From the NCBI GenBank assembly GCA_964608255.1, contig CAZSOD010000005.1, forward strand, positions 3,681-67,680: a stretch of 64,000 bases of DNA, written 5' to 3'. The notes beneath the pieces are model-generated. The model was given only the letters and a program-made list of their open reading frames with translations, was not told the DNA's origin and did not search any database. The DNA comes from an uncultured Ardenticatenaceae bacterium (GTDB lineage: Bacteria; Chloroflexota; Anaerolineae; Promineifilales; Promineifilaceae). Shown piece after piece: positions 19,711 through 28,613 of this stretch (position 1 is its first letter; the number at the start of each line of letters is the position of its first letter). Made by a program: the position numbers and the translations under genes.

Positions 19711-19813
19711 TGGTGAACTTGCTCCTTTATTCAGGCGATTACTGGCTTCCCGGTGTTGAACTACCGGTTACACCCCTCACAGGTGCATGCGCCAGCAATC
19801 TACGGTTTCATTT

Positions 19814-21598
19814 TCAGACGTCCGCCACTCGCTCGCGTCGCAGCGCGTCTGACACGGCCGCCAGGACGGCCCTATGGCGCTCGTAGTCGGCGGCGCTATC
19901 GGTAATGACCTCGATCAGGCGCGGCTGGCCCACCCACGGTCCCGCAAGCGCCTCGTCGAGCTCGGCGGCCGTCGTCACGGGGACATAGGTAAGCCCGTAC
20001 ATGGCGGCGGCGTGGTCAAAGCGCAGCCCGTGGGGCGTCAGAAACAGGTCGCGGAAGGGCGGCTCGTGGCGCGCGACCGGCAAGCGGTGGAAGATGCCAC
20101 CACCGTCGTTGTTGGTCACAATGAAAGTAATGTTCCGCAACCCGTGCTGCCGCGCCGCCAGCAGGCCGTTCATGTCGTGATAAAAGGTGATGTCGCCCAG
20201 GAAGGCGACGACCGGCTCTTCATTCGCCGCGGCCAGCCCCAATGCGGTCGAGACGTTGCCGTCGATGCCGCTTGCGCCGCGATTGCCGTAAAAAGCCAGC
20301 CGGCGCGGCGAGGGCCGATCGAAGGCGTCGATGTAACGAACAGGCATGCTATTGCCGGCCAAGACCGAAGCGCCATCTGGCAGAGCGGCCAGCGCTCGGG
20401 CGATCGCGCCGCCATCAAACGGCGGCGCGAGGCTCAGAGCTTCGTCCAGCGCCGCCCACGCACCGGCCTCGGCCGAACGCAGTATTGCGCTCCATCCGCC
20501 GGCCGGGGTGCACTCCTGGCTGTCCAACCCGGCCGCCACCATGGCGCAGAATAGCGCCGGGTCGGCCTGAACGAACAGGTGTGTCTGGTGCTGATCGTCG
20601 GCCCACTCCCCGTCTTCACGGACGTGGACGTGACCGGTCGTCGCCCCGCCGGCCAGCCACGTTGCCAGGGCGGCGGAGGTCGGAACAGCGCCGAAGCGAA
20701 GAACGAGATCGGGCTGCGGTAGGGAGGCCGCCAGCGCCGGCAACCACAGGTTGTAGCCACCCAGTACCGTTGCGCTTGCCGGCAGGCCGTGACGAAGGTT
20801 GGCCAGCGGGTCGGCCAGAATAGGCCACCCGCTGACCGCGGACAGGGCGGCGACGGCCGCCGGGAAGTCGCCGCCGGGGCATTCCGGGCCACAGACGATC
20901 ACCCCGCGGCGCGCGGCCGTCAGAAGGTCGCCCACGGCGGCCACTTGCTCCGGGGACGGCAACACCCGGCCGCGGCTGATGCGCGTGTAGGGTGTAACAC
21001 GAGCGGGAGCTGGGATGTCTCGCCCGTCGGCGGCGCTTTCCGGCTCCAGCGGCTTGCGGAACGGGAGGTTAATGTGGACAGGGCCGCGGATCAGTCCGTC
21101 GGCCGTGGCATAGGCCCGCGCGGCCAGCGTGCGCAGGTGGCGCAGCACAATCTCGGGCGCATCGGGCTGGGGCGTCGGGGCCTCTACCGACCAGCGCACG
21201 TGATCGCCATACATCTTGATCTGATCGATGGTCTGGTTGGCTCCGCTCTGGCGCAACTCAGGCGGCCGGTCGGCCGTCAGGACAATCAACGGGACGTAGC
21301 TGTAATAAGCCTCGATGATCGCCGGGTGGAAGTTGGCTGCGGCGGTACCGGAGGTGCAAACCAGCGCCACAGGTCGCCCGGTCGCTTTGGCCAGTCCGAG
21401 GGCAAAGAAGCCGGCGCTGCGCTCGTCGAGGTGGCGATAGATGGTCACGGCCGGGTTAGCGGCCAACGCCAGCGCCAGGGGGGTTGAGCGCGAGCCCGGA
21501 GCCAGGCAGGCCGCTTGCAGGCCGCAGCGCGCCAATTCGCTGACCAGGACGTGCGACCAGTGTGTGTTCGGATTGGCGTCCAGGTTCATATCACTCAA
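19814..21598 (-). CDS. menD: SEPHCHC synthase
   Basis: PGSRSTPL, DERSAGFFALG, CTSGTA, TADRP, NRGASGIDG, GDITFYHDMNGL, NNDGGGIF. Confidence 0.96.
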   Translation of the reverse strand: MSDMNLDANPNTHWSHVLVSELARCGLQAACLAPGSRSTPLALALAANPAVTIYRHLDERSAGFFALGLAKATGRPVALVCTSGTAAANFHPAIIEAYYSYVPLIVLTADRPPELRQSGANQTIDQIKMYGDHVRWSVEAPTPQPDAPEIVLRHLRTLAARAYATADGLIRGPVHINLPFRKPLEPESAADGRDIPAPARVTPYTRISRGRVLPSPEQVAAVGDLLTAARRGVIVCGPECPGGDFPAAVAALSAVSGWPILADPLANLRHGLPASATVLGGYNLWLPALAASLPQPDLVLRFGAVPTSAALATWLAGGATTGHVHVREDGEWADDQHQTHLFVQADPALFCAMVAAGLDSQECTPAGGWSAILRSAEAGAWAALDEALSLAPPFDGGAIARALAALPDGASVLAGNSMPVRYIDAFDRPSPRRLAFYGNRGASGIDGNVSTALGLAAANEEPVVAFLGDITFYHDMNGLLAARQHGLRNITFIVTNNDGGGIFHRLPVARHEPPFRDLFLTPHGLRFDHAAAMYGLTYVPVTTAAELDEALAGPWVGQPRLIEVITDSAADYERHRAVLAAVSDALRRERVADV

Positions 21599-23123
21599 GC
21601 TCCTCCGCGCCCAGCGCGCCCAGCATCGGCCGGAACTTCAGCGCTGTTTCGGCCCATTCTCGCTCCGGGAGCGACTCGCCAACAATACCTGCCCCGGCGT
21701 AGAGCCAGGCGCGGTCGTGCTGGGTAACGGCCGAGCGGATGGCCACGGCGAAGACACCGTCCAGCGCGCTGTCGAGCCAGCCGACCGGCGCCGCATACCA
21801 GCCTCGCGGGACGGGCTCGGCGTGACGCAGCAAAGCCAGCGCGCGGTCGGATGGGACGCCGCCCAGGGCCGGCGTCGGGTGCAGCCGCCGCACGAGGGGG
21901 ACAATACCTTCCTCCGGCCGCGCGAGGCGGCCGCGGATCGGCGTGAGCAAATGTTGGATGTTGCGTAGACGCAGAACAGTGGGCTCGGGCGCGACCGTCA
22001 GATCGAGGGTCATGTCTGACAGATGCTCTCGCACCGCGTCGACGACGAGCTGGTGCTCGTGTCGATCCTTGGCCGAGTTGAGCAACTGCGCGGCGAGTGT
22101 GTCGTCCTGGGTTGCGTTCCGGCCGCGGGCGATGGAGCCAGCCAGGGCCATTGTCGTGACCGCGCGACCCGCCTTTGCCACCAGTAGTTCAGGCGTTGCC
22201 CCGAAGAAGGCATGAGCCGGGCGCGGCTCGAACAAGAAGCGGTAACTGTCGCCGTAGGCTGTGTCCAGATAGTCAAGAGCCGCGGCGACGTCGATGCTCC
22301 CCGGCGCTCGTAGCTCGCAGACGCGAGCCAGCACGACCTTCTGCAACACCCCGGCGTGGATGGCGCCCGTGGCGCGCTGGATCATTTCACGCCACATCTC
22401 GTACGTCATGGGGTAACGCAGCGCATAGGGCCGGAGCTGCGCCGGCGCAGCCGCATCCGCCAGCGCGAGTCGCGCGCGGAGCGCCTCGGCCAGGCCCAAC
22501 CACGTCGCCTCGGGATCTTCTTCGGGGCCGACCATGGCGTTGATAATAAGGTGCGCTACGTTACCGCAGCGGGCGTATTGATAATGGGGCAGGACGAACT
22601 CGGCCGGGTTGAAAACCGACCACGTGTTGTCGGGCACAAAGTCATCCTGGAAAGCGAACCCGCCGAATAGCCGCGGGCGCGCGACTTCGTCCCCCGCCGC
22701 AAAAGCCAGCCCTTCGGCCGCGCCGGCCAATTGCCGAACGAGCGCCCCGGCGAAGAGCGCCCGCGCGCCCTGATCCACGTCATAAAAGCGTTGTTGGGGC
22801 GGGGGAGCCGGGCCATCCTCATCGCGCATGACAGGCGGGGCAGTGACCGCCGCTGCTATCCCGGCGCCGGCCAGCACCAAGCCATCGCCTGGCTCGGCCC
22901 AGTAGAAACGCTCGCGCCCCAAGGACTGACGCAAAAACGTCGCGGCGCTCAGGCGGTGGGCCGGCACGCTAAGACTGAGCAGGCGCGGCCTGGCCTCCGC
23001 CTCCCCGGTCCCATTGTCCCACGCTTTGTCAGGGAGAGAGCCGGCGGCGAAGCGGCGAACCGTGTGGGGGGCGGCTAACGTGAAGCGGTTCATGGCGGGA
23101 TCTAATAGGCGAGTCCAACCCAT
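21591..23123 (-). CDS. menF: Isochorismate synthase
   Basis: KVVLAR, GATPELL, ALAGS, KDRHEHQLV, LHPTPALGG, RGWYAAPVGW, YAGAGIV; exact start uncertain. Confidence 0.92.
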   Translation of the reverse strand: MGWTRLLDPAMNRFTLAAPHTVRRFAAGSLPDKAWDNGTGEAEARPRLLSLSVPAHRLSAATFLRQSLGRERFYWAEPGDGLVLAGAGIAAAVTAPPVMRDEDGPAPPPQQRFYDVDQGARALFAGALVRQLAGAAEGLAFAAGDEVARPRLFGGFAFQDDFVPDNTWSVFNPAEFVLPHYQYARCGNVAHLIINAMVGPEEDPEATWLGLAEALRARLALADAAAPAQLRPYALRYPMTYEMWREMIQRATGAIHAGVLQKVVLARVCELRAPGSIDVAAALDYLDTAYGDSYRFLFEPRPAHAFFGATPELLVAKAGRAVTTMALAGSIARGRNATQDDTLAAQLLNSAKDRHEHQLVVDAVREHLSDMTLDLTVAPEPTVLRLRNIQHLLTPIRGRLARPEEGIVPLVRRLHPTPALGGVPSDRALALLRHAEPVPRGWYAAPVGWLDSALDGVFAVAIRSAVTQHDRAWLYAGAGIVGESLPEREWAETALKFRPMLGALGAEELE

Positions 23124-23127
23124 TTCT

Positions 23128-23763
23128 CTACTGCGGTCGCGGCGCCGCTGGAGCGTCGTAGCCGACGCTGCGCAGCAACAGGGGCACCAAACCGTCCATG
23201 ATACGGGCTGGCTCCGGTTCGCCGGTCGTTACCCAGCGAATGACAAGACCGTAAATAGCGCCCATCCAGGCATGGGCGACCACTTCCGTGTCCACCGGCC
23301 CGATGTCGCCCTGATCGATCGCCTCTTTCAAATAGGTTTCGATCAGTCGCGCAAACCGGTCGTTGACTTCGGCGCGCTTGTTCTCAAAAACGCTGCCCAG
23401 ACCCACGGCCTGCACAAGGAGGATCTTCGCCGGGCGACGATAGCGGCCGAATGTCTCCAGCACCGTCTCCAGGGCTACACGCACTCGTTCCATACCGCGC
23501 GCCCGGCCGGCGATGGCCTCCAGCACCCGCCGTTCCAGCAGGTCGGCGAACTGATCGACAAGGGCCAGGAACAGCCGCTCCTTGTTGGCGAAGTGAAAAT
23601 AGATCGCGCCCTTGGATGTTTCCGATTCATCGACAATGTCGTCGAGGCGCGTGCCATGGTACCCCTGGCGCGAAAATATCCTGAGCGCGGCATCCAGGAT
23701 GCGTTCGCGCGTCGCGCCTGGGTCGCGCAGGGAGATGGGTTTTTCTGATTCTGCGACGTTCAT
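23128..23763 (-). CDS. TetR/AcrR-family transcriptional regulator heading the men operon
   Basis: RERILDAALRIFSRQGYHGTRLDDI...SKGAIYFHFANKERLF HTH. Confidence 0.95.
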   Translation of the reverse strand: MNVAESEKPISLRDPGATRERILDAALRIFSRQGYHGTRLDDIVDESETSKGAIYFHFANKERLFLALVDQFADLLERRVLEAIAGRARGMERVRVALETVLETFGRYRRPAKILLVQAVGLGSVFENKRAEVNDRFARLIETYLKEAIDQGDIGPVDTEVVAHAWMGAIYGLVIRWVTTGEPEPARIMDGLVPLLLRSVGYDAPAAPRPQ

Positions 23764-23785
23764 GTCCTGATTCTAGCTCATTTGC

Positions 23786-23803
23786 AAACCGACCGGTCAG
23801 TCT
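23786..23803. promoter_or_regulatory. Candidate TetR operator overlapping the tetR-men promoter
   Basis: AAACCGACCGGTCAGTCT imperfect palindrome about 25 bp upstream of the tetR ATG, overlapping a minus-strand TAGACT -10-like hexamer. Confidence 0.65.
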
Positions 23804-23873
23804 ATAACGTTGCGCCAAGACTAAGCGCCGCCGGCGCTCTGGTTTCATGTCGTTCAAAATGTATTGAACGATA

Positions 23874-23891
23874 TTGTGCATTCTATCACGA
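23874..23891. promoter_or_regulatory. Rex/CRP-like box
   Basis: TTGTGCA-TTCT-ATCACGA versus Rex consensus TTGTGAA-N4-TTCACAA (11/14). Confidence 0.45.
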
Positions 23892-24134
23892 ATAGGCCGC
23901 GAAATCAATGCCGGCAAGTTGTTCAACAGACCGATCGGAGCGGAAACTCTGAGCAAAGTTGCGCACATTCAGTCTGGGCGCAGCCCGTTTGAGGGTGGAC
24001 AGATAGCGGCGCTTCGCTATACTCCTGCCGATCATGGGCGCTGTGCCGCGGGAACGGCGCCTTATTGTGTTTGAGTAGCGTAGGGTGAGCCATCGCGGGA
24101 GCCGCGGTGTGTTGATGGACAGGAAGGGAGAGGC

Positions 24135-24911
24135 GTGGTAGACCATTCCGCCGGGCGGGGGCCGCTTGCAGGTAGCGACCGGCCAAAGACAGAGAGGGCG
24201 GTCGCTGGGCCTGGCCGGGGTGTTCGTTCACCTCGGAATTGGGCCTATGGGGTGGCCATTGTCGTCACGCTGGCTATCGTTGCCTTCAACATCATCCGGC
24301 CGATTACCGTACTGCCGCGCATTGCCCCCTCGCCCGGCTTTTCGTTCCTTGATGCCGATGGGCTGACGGTAACCAGTGAAGACCAGCGCGGCCGGCTGAC
24401 TCTCTACAGCTTCACCTATCTGGACTGCGCCGACGCTTGCCCACAGTCAATCGGGGACATCGCCGCGCTGCGCCACGCCGTGGGCGACCTTCTGCCGTCC
24501 GACACACCGCTCTCCTTCGTGACGATTTCGCTCGACCCGCAGCGCGATACGCCCGCGCGACTGAAAAAGGTGACGCGCGAAACCCTGGGCGATGTCGCCG
24601 GCGCGCCGGAGTGGCGCTTGCTCACTGGCGACCCGTTGCGCACGCGTTATACCGTTGGCGGGGGTTTCGGTATCTACTACGCTCCCTCAAAGGAATCTGC
24701 GGCGCAAGAGCCTGACCGCATTACGTTTGATCCTCGCTACGTTCTGGTGGACGGGCTGGGCATCATGCGCGCGGAGTATCGGACCGGCGCGCCGGCTCCG
24801 GAACTGATTGCCCGCGACGTCAATCTGCTCCTCAAAGAGGCGGCCAACAGCGACGGCATCGCTCGTCTCGGCTATGAGGCCGCCCACCTCTTTCTCTGTT
24901 ATCCGCGTTAA
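24135..24911 (+). CDS. SCO/SenC-family protein, atypical (no canonical His)
   Basis: TM anchor, FTYLDCADACP, ISLDPQRDTP, W.LLTG; FDP replaces the usual DH[ST]. Confidence 0.85.
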   Translation: MVDHSAGRGPLAGSDRPKTERAVAGPGRGVRSPRNWAYGVAIVVTLAIVAFNIIRPITVLPRIAPSPGFSFLDADGLTVTSEDQRGRLTLYSFTYLDCADACPQSIGDIAALRHAVGDLLPSDTPLSFVTISLDPQRDTPARLKKVTRETLGDVAGAPEWRLLTGDPLRTRYTVGGGFGIYYAPSKESAAQEPDRITFDPRYVLVDGLGIMRAEYRTGAPAPELIARDVNLLLKEAANSDGIARLGYEAAHLFLCYPR

Positions 24912-24919
24912 CGCTCCCT

Positions 24920-25579
24920 ATGACCACGCCTGAACCCTCTACAAAGACCGCAGCGACCAAGCGCGTTAGCCCCTGGCTATGGGCCGGGCTGGCTGTGGGG
25001 TTGCTGCTGCTCGGCGGGATTGTTGCCTATACAGCGATCCGCGGCCGCTTGCCGTTCACGCCCTATGCCTACAAGGGAACGCTCATCCAGTCGCCGGACC
25101 TTGCGTCCGATTTCACGTTGACCGCCAGCACTGGCGAGCGCGTCAGCCTGAGCGACTTTCGGGGCAAGGTCGTCCTGATTTACTTTGGCTACACTTTCTG
25201 CCCCGACGCCTGCCCAACAACGCTAACCCAACTCAAGAAAGTACCGCTGGCGCTGGGCGATCGGGCGTCGGATGCGCAGGTCCTCATGGTCACTGTCGAC
25301 CCCGCACGCGATACGCCGGAAGTCCTGCGCGAGTATCTGGCGCACTTTGACCCGTCCTTCATCGGCCTGACGGGCACGGACGAGGAAATCCTGGCCGCGG
25401 CGACGCCATTCGGCATTTACTACAACAAACATGAGGGCACGGCGGCCACAGGTTACCTGGTCGACCATACGACATCGGTTCTGGCAGTTGATAAGGAAGG
25501 ATACCTGCGGCTTATCTATGGCTTCGAGACGCCCGGTGAGGACATCGCCGCGGATGTGCGCGAGCTGGTGCGTCAGTAG
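24920..25579 (+). CDS. SCO/SenC-family CuA assembly protein
   Basis: YFGYTFCPDACP, VTVDPARDTP, YLVDHTT. Confidence 0.94.
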   Translation: MTTPEPSTKTAATKRVSPWLWAGLAVGLLLLGGIVAYTAIRGRLPFTPYAYKGTLIQSPDLASDFTLTASTGERVSLSDFRGKVVLIYFGYTFCPDACPTTLTQLKKVPLALGDRASDAQVLMVTVDPARDTPEVLREYLAHFDPSFIGLTGTDEEILAAATPFGIYYNKHEGTAATGYLVDHTTSVLAVDKEGYLRLIYGFETPGEDIAADVRELVRQ

Positions 25580-25644
25580 CGTGGAGTGGGGCGTCTCCCC
25601 ATGGGTGTCAGCGGGAGCGTCGAAGACAACATAGAGGAGGATAC

Positions 25645-25773
25645 ATGAACGACAAGGACAAGTACAAGACACCGCAGGGGACCATTGCGCTGATGGTCAT
25701 TTTTATCATCCTGATCATTGCCTTGTGGGGCAGCGCCTATCTGACACTGCTGTCCAGAGGAGCGACGTACTGA
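25645..25773 (+). CDS. cbaD: ba3-type cytochrome c oxidase subunit IIa (42 aa, missing from ORF track)
   Basis: GAGGAGG RBS; MNDKDKYKTPQGTIALMVIFIILIIALWGSAYLTLLSRGATY matches the PxG...W...Y....RG pattern of Thermus subunit IIa; TGATG coupling to subunit II. Confidence 0.88.
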   Translation: MNDKDKYKTPQGTIALMVIFIILIIALWGSAYLTLLSRGATY

Positions 25774-26255
25774 TGCACATCGATCGCTACGAACGCCTGT
25801 TTCTGTACGCGGCCGTTGCGCTGCTTGTCGTGTTCATGGGCGCGCTGGCCGTCAGCAGCTTCGCCTACGGCATTCGCGTGCCCACCGCCTATGAGAAGGT
25901 TGATCCGCGAACGGTCGCGACGCCGCCGTCACCGTGGGGTCTGCCCGAAGCCGAGCGGATGCGCGAACTCTCACCGGGCAAATACGAAGTGTATGTCCTG
26001 GGGCAGATGTGGCAATTCACGCCCAAGACCATCACCGTCCCGAAGGGATCGCAGGTGACGTTCTACGTGACCAGCCGCGACGTGCAGCACGGCTTCAAGA
26101 TCGCGAACACCAACATCAACATGATGGCCCTGCCCGGCGAGGTGGGTGTCCTCACCGCGACCTTTGACACGCCGGGAACCTATAATTTCATTTGCCACGA
26201 GTACTGCGGCGCGTTGCACCATACGATGTTCGGGCAACTGGTGGTGGAAGAGTAA
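25773..26255 (+). CDS. cbaB: ba3-type cytochrome c oxidase subunit II (CuA)
   Basis: MHIDRYE + one TM, DVQHGF, CHEYCGALHHTM CuA motif. Confidence 0.95.
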   Translation: MHIDRYERLFLYAAVALLVVFMGALAVSSFAYGIRVPTAYEKVDPRTVATPPSPWGLPEAERMRELSPGKYEVYVLGQMWQFTPKTITVPKGSQVTFYVTSRDVQHGFKIANTNINMMALPGEVGVLTATFDTPGTYNFICHEYCGALHHTMFGQLVVEE

Positions 26256-26291
26256 GCCGCCCGCGATGACAACGAGGAGGACATTGATTCA

Positions 26292-27998
26292 ATGAGCAAG
26301 CGCAACGCAAAAGCGACTGCGGCTGTGGCGACGGCCGCGCCCGGGACATTCAAGCGGGAAGACCGGCTGACCGCGTGGTTCATTGGCATTGCCATGGTCG
26401 CCCTCTTCATCGGCGGGTCGATGGGCCCGCTCCAGAAGCTGGAGCACGTCGGCATCAACTGGTATCCGGCGCTGAGCAAGATCGGCATCGGTAGCGTCCG
26501 CATCGCGTCCTACTATCAAGGTCTCACCGCCCACGGCGTGCTGAACGCCCTGGTGTGGACGACCTTCTTTATCGTCGGCTTCTTCACCTACGCGATTCCG
26601 CGCAGCCTGGGCCGGCCCCTGTCAAAACCGCGCGTCAACCTGATTGCCCTGATCCTTATGGTCGTCGGCCTCGTCATGGCCGCCGTGCCGATTCTGATGA
26701 ACCTGGCCACGGTGCTTTACACCTTCTACCCGCCGATGAAGGCCAGCGTCTTCTTTTATCTGGGCCTGGTGCTGGTGGTCGTCGGCTCGTGGGTGGCGGG
26801 GCTGGGCTACTACCTAACCTACTGGCAATGGCGCAAGGACAACCCGAGCCAGAAAACGCCGTTCATTGCGTTGGCGGCGATCATCACGATGGTCATGTGG
26901 CAAATTGCCACGCTGGGCGTCGCCACTGAAATCCTGGTTCTGATCATCCCCTGGGTGCTAGGCTGGACGGCAGGCACCGACCCGCAATTGGCGCGGACCT
27001 TCTTCTGGTTCACCGGCCACCCATTGGTTTACTTCTGGCTGCTGCCGGCCTACGTTTCGTGGTACGGTATGGTGCCAAAGCAAGCGGGCGGCAAGCTGTT
27101 TAGCGAGCAGTTGGCCCGGCTTGTGTTCTGGCTGTTCCTGGTCCTCTCCATCCCGGTCGGCTTGCATCATCAGTTCGTCGATCCGGGCGTGCCGCAGGGC
27201 TGGAAGACGGTCCATGCTATCCTGACCTACGCCCTCTTCCTGCCCAGCATGGCGACGGCGTTTACCGTCGCGGCTTCGTTGGAGACGGGCGGCCGCGCCC
27301 GGGGCGGCACTGGCTTGCTCGGCTGGATCACCAAGCTACCCTGGGGCAATCCGTCCTACACAGCCCAAAACCTGGCTATGATCCTGTTTGTGTTCGGCGG
27401 TATTGGCGGCCTGACCAATGCGTCGTACAATCTGAATCTGGCGGTGCATAACACCGCCTGGGTCCCCGGACATTTCCACCTGACCGTCGGTTCCGCCGTC
27501 ACCCTCACCTTCTTCGGCATCAGCTATTGGCTCGTGCCCGCGTTGTCGGGCAAGCCGCTGGCCAGCCGCAAGGTGGCTCTGGCCCAGGCGTGGACCTGGT
27601 TCATCGGCATGTTGCTGATGTCCAATGGCCTGCACATTCTTGGCCTCAACTTCGGCGCCCCCCGCCGCTCGGCACTGGGCGCGGCTCCCTACGTCGACGC
27701 GGCCTGGAATCCGATGCAGATTGAGGCCGCTATCGGCGGCATCATTCTGGGCATCAGCGGCCTCTTGTACTTCGGCAACGTGCTGGCGACCGTTCTGGCG
27801 CGCAAGCGGGCTGACGTGCGAGAGGAAATGCCGGTGGCAGAGCCGCTCCATCCGGAGTATGCGACGCCGGGCTGGCTGGATAGTTGGAAACCGTGGCTCG
27901 TTACCACCGTGTTGTTGATCCTCATTGCTTACGGGCCGGTGCTTGTGAGCATGATCGCCAACATCAACTTGACCGCGCCGGGTGTGCAGATCCGCTAG
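26292..27998 (+). CDS. cbaA: B-family (ba3-type) heme-copper oxidase subunit I
   Basis: LTAHGVLNAL, WFTGHPLVYFW (His-Tyr crosslink), GLHHQF, HNTAWVPGHFH, PRR; K-channel Tyr/Ser/Thr retained. Confidence 0.96.
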   Translation: MSKRNAKATAAVATAAPGTFKREDRLTAWFIGIAMVALFIGGSMGPLQKLEHVGINWYPALSKIGIGSVRIASYYQGLTAHGVLNALVWTTFFIVGFFTYAIPRSLGRPLSKPRVNLIALILMVVGLVMAAVPILMNLATVLYTFYPPMKASVFFYLGLVLVVVGSWVAGLGYYLTYWQWRKDNPSQKTPFIALAAIITMVMWQIATLGVATEILVLIIPWVLGWTAGTDPQLARTFFWFTGHPLVYFWLLPAYVSWYGMVPKQAGGKLFSEQLARLVFWLFLVLSIPVGLHHQFVDPGVPQGWKTVHAILTYALFLPSMATAFTVAASLETGGRARGGTGLLGWITKLPWGNPSYTAQNLAMILFVFGGIGGLTNASYNLNLAVHNTAWVPGHFHLTVGSAVTLTFFGISYWLVPALSGKPLASRKVALAQAWTWFIGMLLMSNGLHILGLNFGAPRRSALGAAPYVDAAWNPMQIEAAIGGIILGISGLLYFGNVLATVLARKRADVREEMPVAEPLHPEYATPGWLDSWKPWLVTTVLLILIAYGPVLVSMIANINLTAPGVQIR

Positions 27999-28042
27999 GG
28001 TGGCTCACTGTGTTGTAACACGTGTACGAGGAGGTACACCGT

Positions 28043-28477
28043 ATGTCCAAAAGAATCCTGTTTTTCCTGCTCGTCAGCGTTATGCTGATCGCGTTGGCCG
28101 CGTGTGGCGGCGGTAACGGCGGCAACAACGCTGGCGGCGAGGAGGCCGCGCCGATCGGCGACGCGGCCAACGGCGAGCGGCTCTTCACGTCGGCGACGAT
28201 TGGCCCCAACAACGCCCCCGGCTGCATCACCTGCCACTCGCTGGAGCCGGACGTTGTTATCGTCGGCCCCTCGCAGTATGGTCTGGAGACCCGCGCCGAA
28301 ACTCGCGTGCCCGGCCTGAGCGCTGAGGAGTACATCCGTCAGTCCATCGTTGAACCCAACGCCTATATCGTTGAGGGCTTCACCGAAGGCGTGATGTACC
28401 AGAACTATGGCACCGACTTGACCGAGGATCAGATCAACGACCTGGTCGCCTACACACTGACGCTGAAGTCGGAGTAG
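28043..28477 (+). CDS. Lipoprotein monoheme cytochrome c
   Basis: GGAGG RBS, lipobox LAAC, CITCH, VGPS, YIRQSIVEPNAYIVEGF..GVM (distal Met). Confidence 0.92.
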   Translation: MSKRILFFLLVSVMLIALAACGGGNGGNNAGGEEAAPIGDAANGERLFTSATIGPNNAPGCITCHSLEPDVVIVGPSQYGLETRAETRVPGLSAEEYIRQSIVEPNAYIVEGFTEGVMYQNYGTDLTEDQINDLVAYTLTLKSE

Positions 28478-28534
28478 ACTAACTTTCCTATGCCCGGCCG
28501 GACTTGCGCGCCGCCGGGCGACTGTAGCCACTAC

Positions 28535-28564
28535 AGGGGCGGCCGCACAAGCCGCCCCTTTTTG
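28535..28564 (+). terminator. Intrinsic terminator after cytochrome c
   Basis: AGGGGCGGC-cgcacaa-GCCGCCCCT followed by TTTT. Confidence 0.7.
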
Positions 28565-28613
28565 CTACCCGTGCAGGGGCATTTGGTCGGGCGCCAGCTC
28601 GACGGGGACACTT

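Noticed and set aside
23847-23874. GTTC/GAAC inverted repeat as a LexA box
   Set aside because: Orientation and spacing do not fit GAAC-N4-GTTC; kept only as an unassigned operator
26292-27998. Possibility that the oxidase is a B-family-derived nitric oxide reductase
   Set aside because: The crosslink Tyr (HPLVY) and K-channel residues (PAY, WY, PS..T..T; Glu in the subunit II N-terminus) are all present, as in O2-reducing ba3
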